A stretch of DNA of 64,000 bases, from assembly GCA_024679065.1 (NCBI GenBank), contig JAGIQG010000006.1, forward strand, positions 75,702,001 to 75,766,000. Direction: 5' to 3'. The position numbers and the translations under genes are program-made. This document shows, piece after piece, positions 11,681-24,797 of this stretch. Below the pieces are notes generated by a model. It saw only the letters and a program-made list of their open reading frames with translations. It ran no database searches and was not told where the DNA came from. Source of the stretch: Sphyrna mokarran (Eukaryota). Position 1 is the stretch's first letter. The number at the start of each line of letters is the position of its first letter.

Positions 11681-12937
11681 CTCTTTGGCAAGAAAGGCAC
11701 AGATGTCTTTTAACATCTACTTGGAGAGTCACAAACTCCTGTAGTGTTGTTTCGAGGTCATCTCCAGTTAAGTTTTAAGTTTGGCTTCTGTTGCCTTCCT
11801 GCCTGTCTTTTCTTTCCCATGTCCATGATTTTGCCTTTTCTGCAGGGAGAGTTTCCTGTCATTCCACAGGGTTCAAAATCTAACTGCTAGCTGGAGCCTT
11901 ATTACTGGGCAAGATCCCCCACCCTCAATTATCTTTGGCAACCTTGTGCCTTGTTCTTCTGCCCCACAGTAATGCCAGAGATGTTAATCCTGTTCAAAGG
12001 CTGGTCGTTGAGTGCTCAGTCTCCCTGTTACTCAATGCCATGCCCCCTTTTATTTTGCTAAGTCTTTAGGAGATGCCCAAGAGCTGTCATGCTTGGCTTC
12101 TCACTTTGTACCCACCTGCCCTCAACTGGTTAGCGTCTGACGATATGGATAATCTGTATGGCACTACAAGGAAGAGAAGTTCAAACCTTTACAAGTGCTA
12201 CACAAACTTTTAATGTGCCTAAATTGGTTTCAGTTGGAAGGGGAGTTGGATTCCTGTCCCATCCTACCCTCATGTTGATGATCATTGTTGGTGCCTTGAA
12301 ATTGACAGACGTGTGCTCTGCTCCTGCAACCAGCATGTAAATATAGTTGCTCCGATTTAGCTCTGGTTCTGTGGTGACCTTGGGGTATTGATTCTTAGAG
12401 ACTTGGCAACCGCGCATTGAAATCAAGGAAGATAACTGGAATTTTTCTTGTTTCTGACAGTCATTCTGAGACACTGCAGCAAAACGAAAATCCAAAAGAA
12501 CCAACTTAATTTGAGAAGCCTCTTCAAAGGCTTTCAAATGAGTGAAATTATTGGACCTTTACAAAAGTGATTCATTTAATCAGGGCCATAGCCATTTGCG
12601 CTTAATACATTTTGTGGTTAAAATGTGCCATCTTTCACCCTGGTTTCGATGATCTCAGATGAATTGCACTGATTATCATAGCCTGATAAAAATTACTATC
12701 CCAATATATGTAAGCATCATGGCAGAAATGCCTGACACTGAGTGAACATCATTCTTGAATCAAGAGACATTGATCTTGAGTATCTGCTGAATGAGATCAT
12801 CTGCTGCTGTGGCTTCTGTAGTCAATCTAACAGGGTAAAAGGAATGGCATTGCCAGTAAAACATAAGGACATTTCCACCCTCTCCTCTGGAGTAATGTCT
12901 TCATCCATCTCCTTTCACTTGAACCATGAAATACCAA

Positions 12938-13986
12938 TTGGTGATTCTCCCAACCCACTCTGCTGTTCTGGCAGTGCAACAGGCCAGGCAATACCAATGG
13001 AGGCTGTTTACCGGGCTCCCCACTGGATGTCTTGCCCTCTGCACATCTCCCAGGTGAAGATTTGTAGCGTCATCAGCTTCGCACCAGAAACCAGCATGGA
13101 GCTCATTTGCATATTTAAATTATCATTTAAACCCTATTCGTGGGTCCAAGGCTGAAGCCTCTGGGCCTGCTAGCATTCCACACCCCACCCCAACCCCTTT
13201 TCCAGGCCAGGAGTGGTTGACTCCAGTGAGGTTTACAACAGTTCCCCACTAACAGGGAACTGTGGCCTGACCCCACTGAAGTGGACAGAGAGCACTGAAG
13301 CTCCCCCCAGGAGGTCAGGAGTAATGGGGGAATTCTGCTTGAGAAAACTGGCAATGCCCACGAGGTACCTTAGCTATGCCCACCCAACATCAGGTAATGC
13401 CATGGAAACAGGGCCAGAAGGGGCGTGGTCTATTGGAGGGTGATCAATAGGGTGGGAGTCCCGTTGCCACTCTGCATAGGATAAGGAACAAAGGGAGGGA
13501 AAGTGCTCATTGGGACTGGCCATCAGGGTGGAGGCATGGGGGGATCAGGACTACTGGGGAAGGGTTGGAACTGCTGTGGGGGCAGATTCGAGGGGGTAGG
13601 AGCTGGCTTTGGGGGTGGGGAGTGGCTGGGGTATAGGAAGAGGTATAGGAAGTCAGCAAATAGGAAGTGGGGGACCAGAGGATTAGTAATACGGAGCGTG
13701 GGAGCGGCCAGTGAATTGGAGGCTGGCAGTGCAGGACTATTGTGCATGCACCAAGCTCTGCCCTGACAGATTGGCACAGGCACAGTGGCCCACTCAGTGC
13801 TATGCTGGTGGCACCTTCAGTGGGAATAGGCCTCATTCTCTGATTTTCAGCATGAATCTCTGAGCGATCTGCCGTGCACAGAGAGTGGGAAATTCATTTT
13901 GAAAACCTGTTTAAAAAAACCCAGCGGGAATGACCAGTTTTTACGTGAATTTGACACTTAGAATTTTTTGGGGGAGAATTGCCCCC
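12938..13986 (+). mobile_element. Harbinger-type MITE copy B
   Basis: Ends GGTGATTCTCCC...GGGAGAATTGCCCC form an imperfect terminal inverted repeat (TIR). Internal homology to copies A, C and D. Confidence 0.75.
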
Positions 13987-14440
13987 ATGATTGAAGTGCA
14001 AACATGTTTTTTTGTTAAAGTAACAACAAACATTAATAGGAGAAGTTAGTTCTAAAATATACTCCAAAACTGAGAACAAGGAGGCAAATTGAAAATTTCA
14101 GCTTCTTTTCTATGCATTAAACATTGTAAAGAAGTTATGAATTTTTTTTAACCAGACCAGTATAAAATAGCTACATAAAAATTCAACTTTGAATGTAGTG
14201 CAGATTGATTTATATTATTTTCAGTATGCTTCCTGTCTCTTTTGCTTCTTCACTATATACCATAGAATCAAAATCTGTCTCAGCTCAGTGACTATTTTTC
14301 AGCAACATTTAATTGGCTTTAAAGCACTTTGGGACATTCTGAAGTCATGAAAGGCTATCTTTTTTTAGTGTTTTCAACCTTGTTTATGCTTGTTCTTGTC
14401 ACAATGTAATCCCATAAATGACAGTCTCTCTCGTAAATTA

Positions 14441-14575
14441 TTTGATTTTGATTTGATTTGATTTATTATTGTCACATGTATGAGCATACAGTGAAAAGTA
14501 TTGCTTCTTGACCGTTATTCAGACAAAGCATACCATTCATAAGAAGGAAACAAGAGAGTGCAGAATGTAAAAGAG
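14441..14575 (-). mobile_element. Rex1/Babar-like LINE 3' tail
   Basis: (TTGAT)n followed by TTATTATTGTCACATGTA..., the same tail as 7746-7848 and 55437. Confidence 0.65.
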
Positions 14576-16404
14576 ATAGAATTAAATTATAGAAGTGTAG
14601 AATGAGAGTAACAAATAGAATTAGAAGATATGCTGGGCACAGCTGCAAGAAGTCACCTCACTACAGCAGCATCTTGGAAAATTCTTAGAAATTAATCCAA
14701 ACGTAGGATATTAGATATTTTGGGTTGAAACAGGATTTCTGGTCTGCACAGTATATGTGTAAGTTGGGAAATTCATCTTGTTATCTATTTGAAATTAATT
14801 CTAATATAATTGAGGAGCTGGTCCTTTTCATGTGATATAAGGTTTGATGATTTGATTATGTTATATATCAGCATTCATCTACCTTGAAATCTATGATTAA
14901 ATAATGTTAAATTTCTTTGTAACAACCTTAAATGTGCTCAGGAAAAGTGTGTCTAATAAAGAGTGGGGAAGAGAGGTCAGATCAAAAATGCTGAACCAGT
15001 CTTCATCAAAAGCAATGATAAATACAGTCAGTCTTTTTCTCAATGCTGTCTAAAGAATGATTGAAAGACAATGATGCATTTTTTCAAAAATAACAAAGGA
15101 CAGCTTTGAACAGAGTTTAAAATTCAACTTGTTTAATGGATTGAAAATGGTAAAATATTTTCTTTTCTGATAATAAGATGAATTATTACAGAAATAGATT
15201 TCTCCAGCCAACAGAAGGTTCTTGCATCTCCCATTACTGGACTTAAACAAACCAGTACAATCAGGTTGTTCCAAAACAAGTACATTTGGCTATGACTGTC
15301 CTTCAATAATTTTGACACGTATAGTTTTACTTATGGGAGTCTTGTGCAAGCTGAATACTTTTCTCATTCTCCAGTGCCATCCTGCAATAATCTAAGTGGT
15401 TGTGGTGATAGTAAATCAGTAAATTTGATCTTGACAATGAATAGGAGTGGGGCTATAATAATTAGTGGTCTTTAAAAATTGAGCCAATAGCTTTTATCCT
15501 TGCAACTGTCATTAGGTGGTTATAACATAAAGAATCAAAGATAAGACATCCCAAAAAGATGTTACGAAGAAAACTGCAGAGAATGAGGTCACTTATTGTA
15601 GTGGAAGATAGGTCTCAGCTAACCAATGGAGTGATGGAATCCCAGTTCTGTGATAAGATTATTGCCATTAACTGTGACTGATTTAGTATCTTGTTAGATA
15701 TTTTTATAACTTTGGGGGATGTCTATTAAATCCTTTTCAATTGTTTTACAATGAAAATTCTATTCTCTCTGTGCTCTGCACTCTCTAAGACGCGGAATGG
15801 AGTTGTGACTTAATGTATTGCAATGGTCAGGATGGAAGCAGAACTCGACCACATTTTCTGCTGAGCCAGATCTCAGGCTGTGATTAAGGGAATTGTAGGT
15901 CAGGACTGCGGAGGATTGCATTTGCTTCAACTGCTTGTTGACATATCTTTACTGTCTGAGCATGATGTTTATAGCCTTTGTAAATATGAAATATTGCAGA
16001 CTCTGAACTCTGTAGCACTCAATTAATGCCATAATTACAAAATTGCACAGGTCTTTGGGGAAGGGGTGATACGTAATGTGTGTGTGAAAGTCCTGTAGTG
16101 TTATTAGAGCTGCAAGTGGTGCAATTGTGTATGGCTGATATCTAAGCACAAGGCTTGAGGCCTGATATTGACATTGTGGGAACTCTAAATTGATTATTGA
16201 TACCCACAAACAGTAGGGGTCAAAAATATGGTTTCAACAATAAGTTGGTATTAAAGACAGTGCTTCACCTTTGGCACATAAAACTCTAATAATTGTTAAA
16301 TAATTATATTAAATACTTAAGTAATCAGTAAATATTTGTAGGAAGCCCAGAGTTTGCATAGATCAGAAAATCTATGGATAGGGTTGCCAGAGATGATCGA
16401 GGCA

Positions 16405-17045
16405 GGGGTTAGATGGTGATAAGGATGGGGATACCAGTAGGGAAATGTGGGTGGGGATGAGGATGGGGATGGTGATGAGGATGGGGATGGGGATGGTTAT
16501 GGGGATGAGGATAGTGATGGGGGTGGGGATGGGGATGAGAATGGCGATGGGGATGAGGATAGGGATAGGGATGAGGATGAGGATGGGGATGGGAATAGTG
16601 ATGGGGATGGGGATGGTTATGGGGTTGGGGGTGGTGATGAGGATGGAATGGAGACGGTGATGGGGATGAGGGTGGGGATGGGAATGGTGATGAGGGTGGA
16701 GGTGGGGATAAGAATGATGATGGGGATGGTGATGGGAGTGAGGATGGGGATGGTGATGAGGATAGGGATAGGGATGGGGTTGGGGATGAGGATGGGGATG
16801 GGGAATGGGGATGAGGATGGGAATAGGGATGGGGATAGGTATGGGGATGGTGATGAGGATACGGATGGAGATGGGAATTGGGTTGGGTATGGGGATGAGG
16901 ATGGAGATGGGAATGAGGATGGAGTTGGAAATGGTGATGAGGATATGGATGGGGATGGGAATTGAGTTGGGGATGGAAATGAGGTTGAGGATGAGGATGG
17001 AGATGGGAATGAGGATGGGGTTGCCAGTAGGAGGATGGGGGTGCA
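16405..17045. repeat. G-rich hexamer array (GGGGAT/GAGGAT/GGTGAT)n, ~640 bp
   Basis: Directly visible. It explains the spurious poly-HP, poly-MG and poly-DG ORFs at 16409-17098. Confidence 0.95.
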
Positions 17046-19356
17046 GGTGATGTTCGTGGGCTGGGTGAGGAGTAATCTTTGTATTTCAGTTCGGGCAACC
17101 TTTAAAGATGGCCCCTGACTTCAGTGCAGCTATTCCTACCGGCTCTATGAGCCCCTGCCCCATTAGAGTGATAGTGCAAACTTCGCCCACTCTGTTTTCA
17201 GACTAACAGGTTCCCAATCTGGAAAGAAAACTGGTCAGTGTAACTGGAGAGATTCATGTCAGTTTTCTCACAAAAACAGACACTTTGCCCAATAAGATCA
17301 TTCCCAACGAATGAAAGCCCACACTGAATAATTCACTTTCATTAGATAGCTGACCACAAATGATGCAGCAGTTGAGATGCTGTACAACTGGTCTCTGTAC
17401 TGTAGAGTTGGGAGAGGAAAAATCAGCTAGGGTCCTGTTTCTGATTGCTAACTGGTGACCTTTGCTGCTAGTGGGTTGTTGTGGATGATGGTGGAATACA
17501 GAATTGGGCCCAGTTGTAATTGCCTCTGAGTCAAATAGTTGACTGGTTTGTCTAGCCTCACAATCATGTGGGGAAAATAATGAAGGTCTCCTGGACCCTA
17601 GATCCTGATGCTAGCGAGGGGTTCATACCTTCAGGAATAGGGTGGAGGTCAGAGTATTATTTAATACTGACAATAAACACCAAGTCAAATTCCCAATTTT
17701 ACATAATCATAACCTTATCATTCATTTCCTCGTACAACCTAAAATTTAGGGGAAGTTCCCTATTACAGATTAGTTTCACATTATAACAATTACAGCCAAT
17801 TGTACAGTCAACCATGCAAATCTCATTTTAATAAAACATATTTGTACATGTTTTGAATGGGATTCCACAAATATTTTTTAAAGAGAATCACTTGTTTTTA
17901 AAAGAGGAATATTTAAAGGGAAGGTATTGCAGAATGAGATTGGGCTCTTCTCTGACAGTGGGAATCCTACTGAGAACTAATTGTGCACAATGAACCCCCT
18001 CTGACTCAGTGAAGTGGGCTACATTAGGAAAGGTTCGGAAAGACGTGTAGAGGTCCTGCACTATGGGAATGTCATCCCCAATACCTCTCAAAAACATGGT
18101 GGATGAATGGTTTGGGGTTTAATCCTCTGAAAGCCTCTGAGTGGTTTGTCTCCACACTTGATTCTCTAATCAGAATTTAAGTTGAATAGTCCTTGAATGT
18201 GGATCATGGCCTTTAAAAATAGTACCTTCCTGCATTCAAATCTGTGATTTGTTATAACACATCTCCCAGGGATAGCAGCATGTCATTACTTTAAGGGAAT
18301 ATTACAACGTGGTAATGAGATGTTGAGATACCTGTGGGTCCCATCTCTTCTTAGACACATTGCATCCAGCAGAAGTGGCCACTGCCAATCTTCACCATCC
18401 TTGCTCCAGTGAAATCTCCAAGCTCTAGTACCCAGTTTACCAGTCTATTCAGTGCCCATGTAGCTGGCTTTTTCTCACTCAAAGCCCTTGTTTCCTTAGC
18501 CACCCATCCTTCCCAGTCTGTGATTCTCACTTCTCCCTGGTTTGTGGTCCAGCCCCTAGTATCCTTTCCACCTGTTAACGGTACAGCAATTCCAGAGTTT
18601 GGGAGTATCAGTTGGAGTCAGAGCTTTGAATCCACTATGACAGTGTCAAGAAAAATATTCTGTATGGAACTGCATTCCATACCATCACTGCTGCCTCCAC
18701 CTCCTTCTTCACTTTCTCTCCCCCAGAGGGAGAAGTCCTTTCCCGTCTTTCGTCCTGCACTTTGGCCTTTGGCATATAAATTGGGGTAGATGAGCTCAGT
18801 TTTGTGGTTATCAGGGCATCAAAACCCAAAGATTGGCCTCAGTAATCCCTGAAAGGTGAAAAGAAAAGCAGAGAAGTGAAAGACAAAAAAAAAGTGATAT
18901 TGCAGTGATAGAGAGTGACAGATAGGGAAAAGGGAATAAATACTGTGAGAAAGAAAAGCAAGTAATAGACTTATACTGAGGAAATGGAGATGATGACACT
19001 GGTTTGAGATAACATGAAGAAAAAGGTGAAGACAAATTGTGAAGTTCTGAGATAACAATGAGCAATAATAATGTGTGAGATCCATACAGAGACAGATGGG
19101 AAGAAAGAGGGGAAGATAAATAGAAAGACAAACTTGGCAAGTGACAGAGAGGCAGCAGCTGGAAAAGAACAATTTTTAAAAAATGTTCCAGTAATGTCAT
19201 ATGCGGTCAGTTAGTTGGTCTGCAAGAAATTGTTTGTACCAGACTAAATAAGGTACGATTTAACCTGGATTTGATTAGCATGAAAATTGTTGTTACAGAA
19301 CAAATAATTGTTTCTGACCCAAATTTCAAACTGAATATTACATTATATTATGGTTT

Positions 19357-19674
19357 CATAGAATCCCTACAGTGCAGAAGGAAGCTGTTTGGCCCATAAA
19401 GCCTGCACCGATAACAATTCCACCCAAGTTCTATGCCCATAACCCCACTTATTTATCTAATATCACTGACATTAAATGGGCAATTTAGCATGGTCAATCA
19501 ACGTAACCACATATCTTTGGACTGTGGGAGGAAACCAGAACACTCAGGGAAACCCATGCAGTCATGGGAACAATGTGCAAACTCCACACAGACAGTGACC
19601 CAAGACTGGAGTTGATCCCTGATCCCTGGCACTCTGAGGCAGCAGTGCTAACCACTGTGCCATTGTGCTGCCCC
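19357..19674 (-). mobile_element. HE1-type V-SINE (tail type A, CR1/HER1-like)
   Basis: Head GGGCAGCACAATGGCACAGTGGTTAGCACTGCTGCC, V-domain, and tail ..GGGCCAAACAGCTTCCTTCTGCACTGTAGGGATTCTATG. Confidence 0.85.
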
Positions 19675-20700
19675 CAAATCACAAGATCACTGTTTCCTAG
19701 GGAGTCTTTTATTCTGAGGTCATTTATTAAATGTATCTCATTACACATTACCAAAATTAAGATATCCTATTCCCTGATTGGCTCTATGACATAGTGTTCT
19801 AGGGAATTATCCCTAAAGCACTCTGCATTTGTTATCATAGCTACTCTTTCCAACTTGATTAACCCAAATCAACATGAAGATTAAAGTTATCCATAATTAT
19901 TGTCTACCTTTTTACATACTCCTATTATTTGTTGATTTATACCCTTTCCTACAAATGGCTACTGTTGGAGGCCTATACACTACTCTGCCAATGTCTTTTT
20001 TCCCTTGCTGTTTTTTACCTCCACCCAAATAGTCTCTATATCATCCAAGCCGAAATTGTCTCTCACAACTGACTTCATTTCATCTCTTATTAATAGTGCT
20101 ATTCCACTACCTCTTCTGTTCTATCTTTCCAAAAGGTCAAATATCCCAGAATATTGAGTTCCCTGCTTTGATCTTTTACCACAAATCCATAATGGCTATG
20201 AAATCCTATCCATTTACCTTGATTTGTGCCATCAGTTTGTCTACCATATTCCGAATGCTTCATCCATAAAGATACAAAGCTTTTGCGCTTGCTTTTTTAC
20301 CATTTCTGATCATCCTAAATTTCCTTTGCACTGTGGCCTTATTTATCTCTTGTTCTTAGTCACCCATCTATTGTTTTTGCATTTTAGTGTTCTTTCTTTT
20401 ATTTCTCTTTCCCTTGTCACCCTGCTAATGTCCCCATCCCCCTGCCATTCTAGTTTAAACCCTCCCCAACCACATCAGCAAATACTCACCCCAGGACATC
20501 GGTCCCAGTCCTATGCAGATGTAATCAGTCCCATATGAACAGGTCCCACCTCCCCAGAACTGGTCCCAAAGGCCCAAGAATCTGAAACGCATCTTTCCAG
20601 CCATATATTCATCTGATATATCCTGCTATTTGTACTCTGACTAGCATCTGGCGCTGGTATAATCCTGAAATCATTATCTTTGAGGTCTCACTTTTCACTC
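19675..20700 (-). mobile_element. Decayed CR1 LINE: ORF1 esterase C-terminus and ORF2 endonuclease
   Basis: The minus strand gives RFRFLGLWDQFWGG...VVGEGLN* (ORF1 end) and MCNEIHLINDLRIKDSLGNSDLVI (APE, ORF 19494..19754). Confidence 0.75.
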
Positions 20701-21582
20701 CTTGTCCTCCTCCCCTGGCAGGCCAATCACTTGCTGCCCTGAAACTCTGGGGTCCGCTGCTCTCCTTCCTGGGGCCTGGTTTCAGTCTTGGCACCATCCA
20801 TTGGTTCTGGTGCTGCCAAGACTGTTGGAGCTGCCAGCCACTTTGCTACATCTGAAAAATAGATGTCCCACTTTGAGCTTGTTTAAGTTGCCTCAAGCAT
20901 TTCATTGTTATGGAGTGGGCTTTTTTCAAGTCAGTCGAATAGAAATACTTTTTTGAAACAGGAGCTGAGCAGTACACACTCCCATAAAATTCAGCCCCCG
21001 GGTTTTCTTTCAGTCAAGGGATGTGAGTGTCGCTTGCAAGATGAACATTTGTTTCCCACTCCTAACTGCTGTTGAAAAGTCTCAGTGAAACACTTTATGA
21101 ACTGCTTCAGTCCCTGTGGTGAAAGGACATCCACAATCCTGTTAGGAAGGACATTCCAGGATCTTGACCCAGTGACAAATAAAGGAATGGTGATATCATT
21201 CCGAGTTAGGACGGTGTGTTAGGATTCCCGTGTAGACCTGTAAGTCAGATAACCGGAACGATCATATGACACGATTTTCAGCTTCAAGACTTTTGTTGCA
21301 ATAAAAAAAATTAAAGCATTTGCTCATTTGTTTGCTGTCATCATAGTCTTAACAAATGATTGGCATCGTCTTGCTACTTCTCTGGCTAACTTCAAGATAT
21401 CCCCCAATCCACAACTGAATACTATCACACATCCGATTCTTTTTCCATTTCTGTTTTTACCTTCGGTTTCTCCTTGAATTGTTGTTAGGACGAGGCTGCC
21501 TGGTCTTTGTTTACACTGTCTATACTTGGCTATCTTTCTCTCTGACTGTACTTAGCAAACCTTTCAATTCCTGAGTTACACA

Positions 21583-21628
21583 TGGAGAAACAGAGTTAAT
21601 GTTTCAGATCAATAACTTTGCATCAGAA
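21583..21628 (-). mobile_element. Penelope-like terminal fragment with degenerate hammerhead core
   Basis: Minus strand TTCTGATGCAAAGTTATTGATCTGAAACATTAACTCTGTTTCTCC has the CTGATG.-stem-GAAAC layout. Confidence 0.5.
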
Positions 21629-21960
21629 TGATCTGATAGAAACTACTTTTTCAACTTGGCTTTCAGCTCATTTTTAATAATAAGCAGGGATAGACCTATT
21701 CCGTAGGAATAAATCTCCTGTTGTTCATTTGGTTAGGACTCAATCGACTTTTATTAACATACCCACAATATTAAAGACAGATCTCATTGCAGACAGGGAG
21801 CTTGACATTATTACATGGCATGAATTACTGTTAAATACAGTATCTGAAATTAAATAAAATGCTGTATGTGTGATAGTCTGAGAGTTATTAAAAAACAAAT
21901 ATTTATTTATTGTGCTCCATAAACTGACAAAGTGTATTTATCTTGACTACAAATATCAAT

Positions 21961-22087
21961 GGCTGGGATTTTACTGGCCCACCTGCCACAGGAAGCAAAG
22001 CGGGTGAGGGGCAGAGCATGGAAAGGTCCATTGAATTCAGGCAAGAGTTTACAGAGTCGAGATGAGCAAAACCATAAAATCCCACAC
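21961..22087. mobile_element. Short MITE with TIRs GGCTGGGATTTTA / TAAAATCCCACAC
   Basis: Imperfect terminal inverted repeats bound ~125 bp of more GC-rich sequence in an AT-rich context. Confidence 0.55.
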
Positions 22088-22900
22088 ATCAAATCTATTT
22101 GCTTTCTGGGATTTTAAGGAGATTTTCAGTTTATTCGGTGATATAAAACAATATAAATAAGTAAAATATCTCTGTGGGGAACATGGCAAACGAAAAGAAA
22201 AGTGTGCCTATTAATTAAAGAATTTCACCTACAATTTAAATCCTGAATTTTGAGACAATGAGGGTAATCTTGTCTTTAGGAGACAGTGGGAAAAGCACAG
22301 GCAACTAAATTGATATCACATCTTACATTAATACCTAAACGCAAAATTACCCCAAATGTACGCTCATTAAGTTGAAAGACAAGGAGGAGAAACTCCTCAA
22401 TGTCATTATTTTTGAATTTGTTTCAAAGAGGTTTCATCTACAGGCGTGAAGGAGAATGCAAAGAGAACAGTTCTATGAAAGTTGAGGCTAAACTTGTGAC
22501 TACATTTTTTTAACAGCTGGGTTAATCTGCCAAAATTGAGAAATGAAAAATGTTTAAATGTCTGCATTGAGATGTAACTCAAGTGCAAAATTACATGGAA
22601 GCACAGGTATATCAATTAGTTGTCTGACTGAGAAAGGTTACATGATGCAAATTCTGCTGGACTACATGTACAGATTAAATTGGTAGAATTGAGTCCATTC
22701 CATAGGCAATGGGGCAATCAAATGATCCTAGTGTTTGATCAATTTTCCTAATTTACACTTCACACTTCTCTTAATTGTGCAACAAAAAAGGCACAGTAAT
22801 TAAATTCTTGACTATCCTTTGTACCTGCTCAAATACATTTAAAAAAAAACTTTGATTTTTAATTTATTATAGCCAAAATAATATTCTTACGTTTTAACAG

Positions 22901-23031
22901 TTGTCCGAAACATCAAACGGCACAACATTGTCCTGAAGAGAGAGTTGGGTGAAGGAGCCTTTGGCAAAGTGTTTCTTGCTGAATGTCATAACCTCTGCAC
23001 AGAAGAAGACAAAACTTTGGTGGCAGTGAAG
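22901..23031 (+). CDS. NTRK2: NTRK2 kinase exon: Gly-rich loop and VAVK catalytic lysine (131 nt, phase 1-0)
   Basis: ttttaacAG acceptor at 22899-22900 and GTATAA donor at 23032. Translates (F)[43 protein letters not shown], in frame with the previous exon. Too short to appear in the ORF track. Confidence 0.97.
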
Positions 23032-24029
23032 GTATAAAACTATAGAATTGCAATTATTAATTTATGGCTTGGCCCGGAGCTCCTTGTGATAAATGCTTGT
23101 CTATCTCTCATCTTCAGTAATCTTTTAAGTTGGGCTGTGTCAGACTAATGCAATGTCAAAAGAGCACGATACATGATCTCCACCTTTAGATTTAAAAATA
23201 TGGCCTGGTTTCATATGGCAGTGACAGTAGACCAGCTCGGCAAAACTGTCCATGGCAAATATAGGAACCTGATAACAGTGAGATGCAAGCATAGTCGATT
23301 CCACTTAGTTCACTACTTTCTATGTGAATATTTGTTGACTGAATGGAAATTGAAAACCCACTTGCTCTCTGTGCATAATGTATGTATTCCTGCCTTTTTG
23401 ATGCCTTCTCCTGTATTTTCCTGTTAAATCATTAATTTATTGTCCAGATTACAAATTTCACTATGGTCATTGTTCATCTGACGGTTAAATCTTATACAAT
23501 TTGCTGTAGCGAGACACTTTTAACTTTACATCAAAGTGTAACAACTCATAACATCTCACTTCTGTTTGAAGTAGCTTAACAGCATGTTCTATTTATAATA
23601 TTCTGTCTGAATTCTGATGTGCCATATACTGGAAATTAGATCAATTTCTGCAGCAAACTGAATGATTGATGTAACAGGAATTGCCTGTGGTGTAGTGTAT
23701 GGAGACAATGTGGACTTTGAGGACTATTGCAAAATTGTCAGCAGTGTACCAAAGGAAAACAGAAAGGGGTTTTGTAGATTATACCATGGATTTTATATGC
23801 AATGGTTTATGATGTGTGGCTAAGAAACTGAGATGCCACTTCTGGATCAAATTCCCTCTTTTTCAAAAACTGCTTTTAAAAATAAAAATATGATGGCATG
23901 CAGTATATATATAAAAAAATTGGCATGGTATTTAATTACAGAAAGAAACCAGCTGTGAATAGGTTAAATACATTCATGACCCTGAATTCGATTGAGTTAT
24001 TTTGCAGCATTTTATAATCTGCAATGTTA

Positions 24030-24435
24030 CTATGGCTTAATTGGTAGCAATCTCGCCAGCGTCTGAAGTCTGTGCATTCAATCTCTAGGCTGATGCTCAG
24101 TATTAACAGAATGCTGCATTGTAGCCAGTTCTGTTCTTAGAATGAGATGTTAAACTGAGGGCTTGTCAGCCTATTTTGGTGGTTCAGGCAATTGCTAAAC
24201 ATCCCATTGTAATATATGAAATAGTACATGAAGAAAAACAAAGGTTTTGACTTGTTTCCTCAACTAATATTACTGACAAATCATTAACTAGTTGGTTATT
24301 TACCACAATTACGTTTAAGGAATGTTGCTGAATGTTAGATGGTCGTTACATTTGTCCAGCATTAGTTATGTCCTCAGCAATTTGCTGTTTATAATGTTTC
24401 TGATGGATGTGATATGGCAATATAAAAATGCTAAT
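24030..24435 (+). mobile_element. Old Deu-domain SINE (SacSINE1-like)
   Basis: TGGCTTAATTGGTAGCAATCTCGCC head, CTAGGCTGATGCTCAGT..AATGCTGCATTG..ATGAGATGTTAAACTGAGG core and an L2-like tail. Confidence 0.6.
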
Positions 24436-24797
24436 ACTCAAACTTCACTGATGTGTATTCTTTATTATGATTTAATGTTTAGAAGCAACCTATGCTTTAT
24501 GGATTAGTTTTAGAATACAGAATATTCCAAAGTAACAATCATCAGAGTGAAAGATGCATTGTATTTGTACTGTAAGATTTGATATATCTTAACATGAGAC
24601 AACTAACGTAGCACCTGAGTAATTGATACCTATGGCAATGTAATTGAGTTTATCAACAAAGATTAGTCTTCAATCTTAACTGGGGTATCAGCAGTATGTG
24701 CCAATTAAAACCACTTGCATTTGCTTCTATTAGTAAAACGTTGGATACCTTTAGTAGATGGCTCTGGATAGATACCCGTACTGTCCATCCACCAGTT

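Noticed and set aside
16409-17098. 229-aa His/Pro-rich ORF and overlapping Met/Gly and Asp/Gly ORFs
   Set aside because: Translation artefacts of a stop-poor hexamer repeat that is open in several frames on both strands.
19600-19674. tRNA genes (A/B-box sequences in SINE heads)
   Set aside because: These are tRNA-derived SINE promoters followed by V or Deu domains, with no complete cloverleaf.
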